Shown one piece after another: positions 61,931 through 64,000 of a DNA stretch of 64,000 nucleotides. Source of the stretch: the human T2T-CHM13v2.0 reference genome, Homo sapiens; NCBI RefSeq assembly GCF_009914755.1, contig NC_060947.1. One strand, given 5' to 3'. Position numbers and translations under genes: made by a program. Below the pieces are notes generated by a model, which saw only the letters and a list, made by a program, of their open reading frames with translations, was not told the DNA's origin and did no database searches. Numbering within the stretch: position 1 is the first letter of the stretch; each line of letters starts with the position of its first letter.

Positions 61931-62769
61931 AAGCACCTAGAACCTTTCACAGAAAACTGCAAGGTTATTACATCATAAAGTAGATAATTAAAAGTCATAG
62001 GCTCTACTTGACTTTACATTTTTCTCAGTTTCTCACTATGCCCTCATTGATCACCAATACATTTGGACGTAGCTCCTTAATGAAGTCTTCACTAAAAAAT
62101 GACAGTCCACACTGATCCCTCCCCTTTAAATCCACTGAATTGAATGAGCAAATAACTATTTGGTATTTATTCCATGTGTGGTAATCTGCAGAATAGCAAC
62201 ATAAGTAATTGCTAATTCTTTTTTATTTTTTATCGTCTATATTTAAGGTATAAAACATGTTTGGGTATACATATACTAATAAGTTCATTAAGTATTAGCA
62301 ATTGCAATTTTGTTGTTTGCTGTTAAAAAATTGTAATTGCTATTTCTTAATGAAGTTATAGTCTATGAGAAATTACATCCGTATGTTGGCAATCAGGAAA
62401 AGTTTCACTACAGAGGTACATAGAAAGATGAGTAGAATTAGAATTCTGAGGGGCAGAGATGGAGGTGTAAGGGGAAGACAATGAAGCCCATTCCTAATAA
62501 AGCAGCAGAACAGTAGTCTCAGCAAATGAGTAGAGGAAAGAAGCTTGTCTTGAAGGCTTACCAAATCCCAGAAACATATGCTTTTATATATGTTATATTG
62601 ACCCTACGACAACAAGGAAGGTTAAGTATTATATCCTCATTTTGTAAATATAGAAATTAAGTTTCAGTGACCGTTGGTATCCAGTGTCAATCTTAGGTCT
62701 GTCTGACTCCACAGCTCTTGTTCTTTCCACTAAGTTAGACTGAAGAGATCAGTCTGATCAAAATTAAGA

Positions 62770-62980
62770 GTCAGCAAACTTTTTCTCTAAACGGCCATAT
62801 AGTAAACATCTTAGGCTTCCTGGGCCATATGGTCTCTGTCCTAACTAACCTATGACATTGTAGCAGAAAGCAGCCACAGACAATACATAAAGGAATGGGT
62901 ATGGCTGGGTTCCAATAAAACTTTATTTATAAAAACAGGTGGCCAGCTAGATTTGGCCCACGAGCCATTATTTGTAGACT
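62770..62980. mobile_element. MER58A-like DNA transposon
   Basis: 'gtcagcaaactttt...ccatatggtctctgtc...ccaataaaactttatttataaaaacagg'. Confidence 0.8.
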
Positions 62981-63239
62981 ACCATAATACATTACTACCA
63001 TAATACTACCTATTACCAAATGAAGATTGTAAGGAAAAGACTACTGAGAGATAAAGCTAGAATTTGGAATTATATGGGAAAATTAACAATTATTTTCATA
63101 AATATTAGGAATTCACTGAAGACACTGGAGCACATGGAAACTGAATTGCACCTGAGGAAGATCAATGTGGAAAGTGTTATGCAGGATAGACTGGAGAAGG
63201 CAGAGAATATAGGTTTGGAAAATACATAGCAGATTATTT

Positions 63240-64000
63240 AAGCTGATGGCCTTGCCTCAGATTTGACTGAGAAAACAGAAGTGATCATATCCGATCCACT
63301 TGATCTTCTCACCAACAAACATACACAACTACCTATATTTGTACCCAAGTTCTCATTTGCCTGTTAAAATGTAGGATGTGTTTTTCCTGTTACCAAAGAC
63401 CACTCTCTATGCCGGCCCCTCCTGTTTTGCAAGAGCTTTGCAACTTTCCTTATACTTTCTCTCTTCTGTGCTCTCTCTCCAGGACTACTGGCTCATTCAT
63501 TACCATATAAATGTGCTCCAATATTTTCTATTGAGCCCACATCCCCCTCTAGCTGCCAGACCATTTCTCTGCTCCACTTTATCAGCAAATAGACAAAGGA
63601 ATTATCTGCTCATCTTATCTCCTCTTCAATCCCTCATTCCCCATTCATAACTCAACTCTTAACACTCTGGCTTCTTCCCTGATCTTCCCCTAGAACTGCT
63701 CTTGTCGAGGTCACCAGTAAACTCCATTATACCAAATCCATTGGATACTTCTTTGAGCTATTTTCCCTTGATCTTTGAGCGGTACTTTGCATTCACGACA
63801 CTACGCTGCCCTAATTTCCCACCTCCTGCCTTACTGGCTGAAAAAGCTGAGGAAGGCTTCTTTGCTGGCTCTTCCTTCTCTACCCCTCAAATGTTAGATG
63901 TTCTTAGGGATACATTCTGGGCCCTCTTCTCTTCTGACTCTACCCTCTAGCAGGTGATTTCACCAACATCCATGGATTTTATTATTATTTTAAATAGAGA
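63240..64000 (-). mobile_element. L2 fragment
   Basis: 'aactgctcttgtcgaggtcaccagtaaactccat...ccaaatcca'. Confidence 0.55.

Overview
Human (primate) genomic DNA containing the 3' part of RPGR (retinitis pigmentosa GTPase regulator, X-linked RP3) on the minus strand. It holds exons 12-19, the photoreceptor terminal exon ORF15 (Glu/Gly-rich, purine-only coding strand), the fully open 615-nt intron 14 (ORF14) and the stop-containing exon 15a. Exon boundaries were read from AG/GT signals and phase continuity; exon numbering is from recall of the gene. Positions 1-38.7 kb lie downstream of RPGR and are mostly transposon relics (ERVL/MLT2, MaLR LTRs, L1, L2, Alus, MADE1, MER20). No prokaryotic-type systems are present. 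The most unusual structures are: (1) a ~1.1-kb non-coding, CpG-island-bearing retrocopy with poly(A) tail and TSD inside an old LTR (25.7-26.8 kb); (2) a ~53-nt double-hairpin element retroposed with its own tail and an 18-bp TSD (20.2 kb); (3) a ~98%-identical 322-bp copy of an old L1 segment placed 3.9 kb from its source; (4) several candidate cryptic or poison exons and a closely spaced inverted Alu pair inside RPGR. Repeat subfamily calls are by eye and need Dfam/RepeatMasker confirmation.
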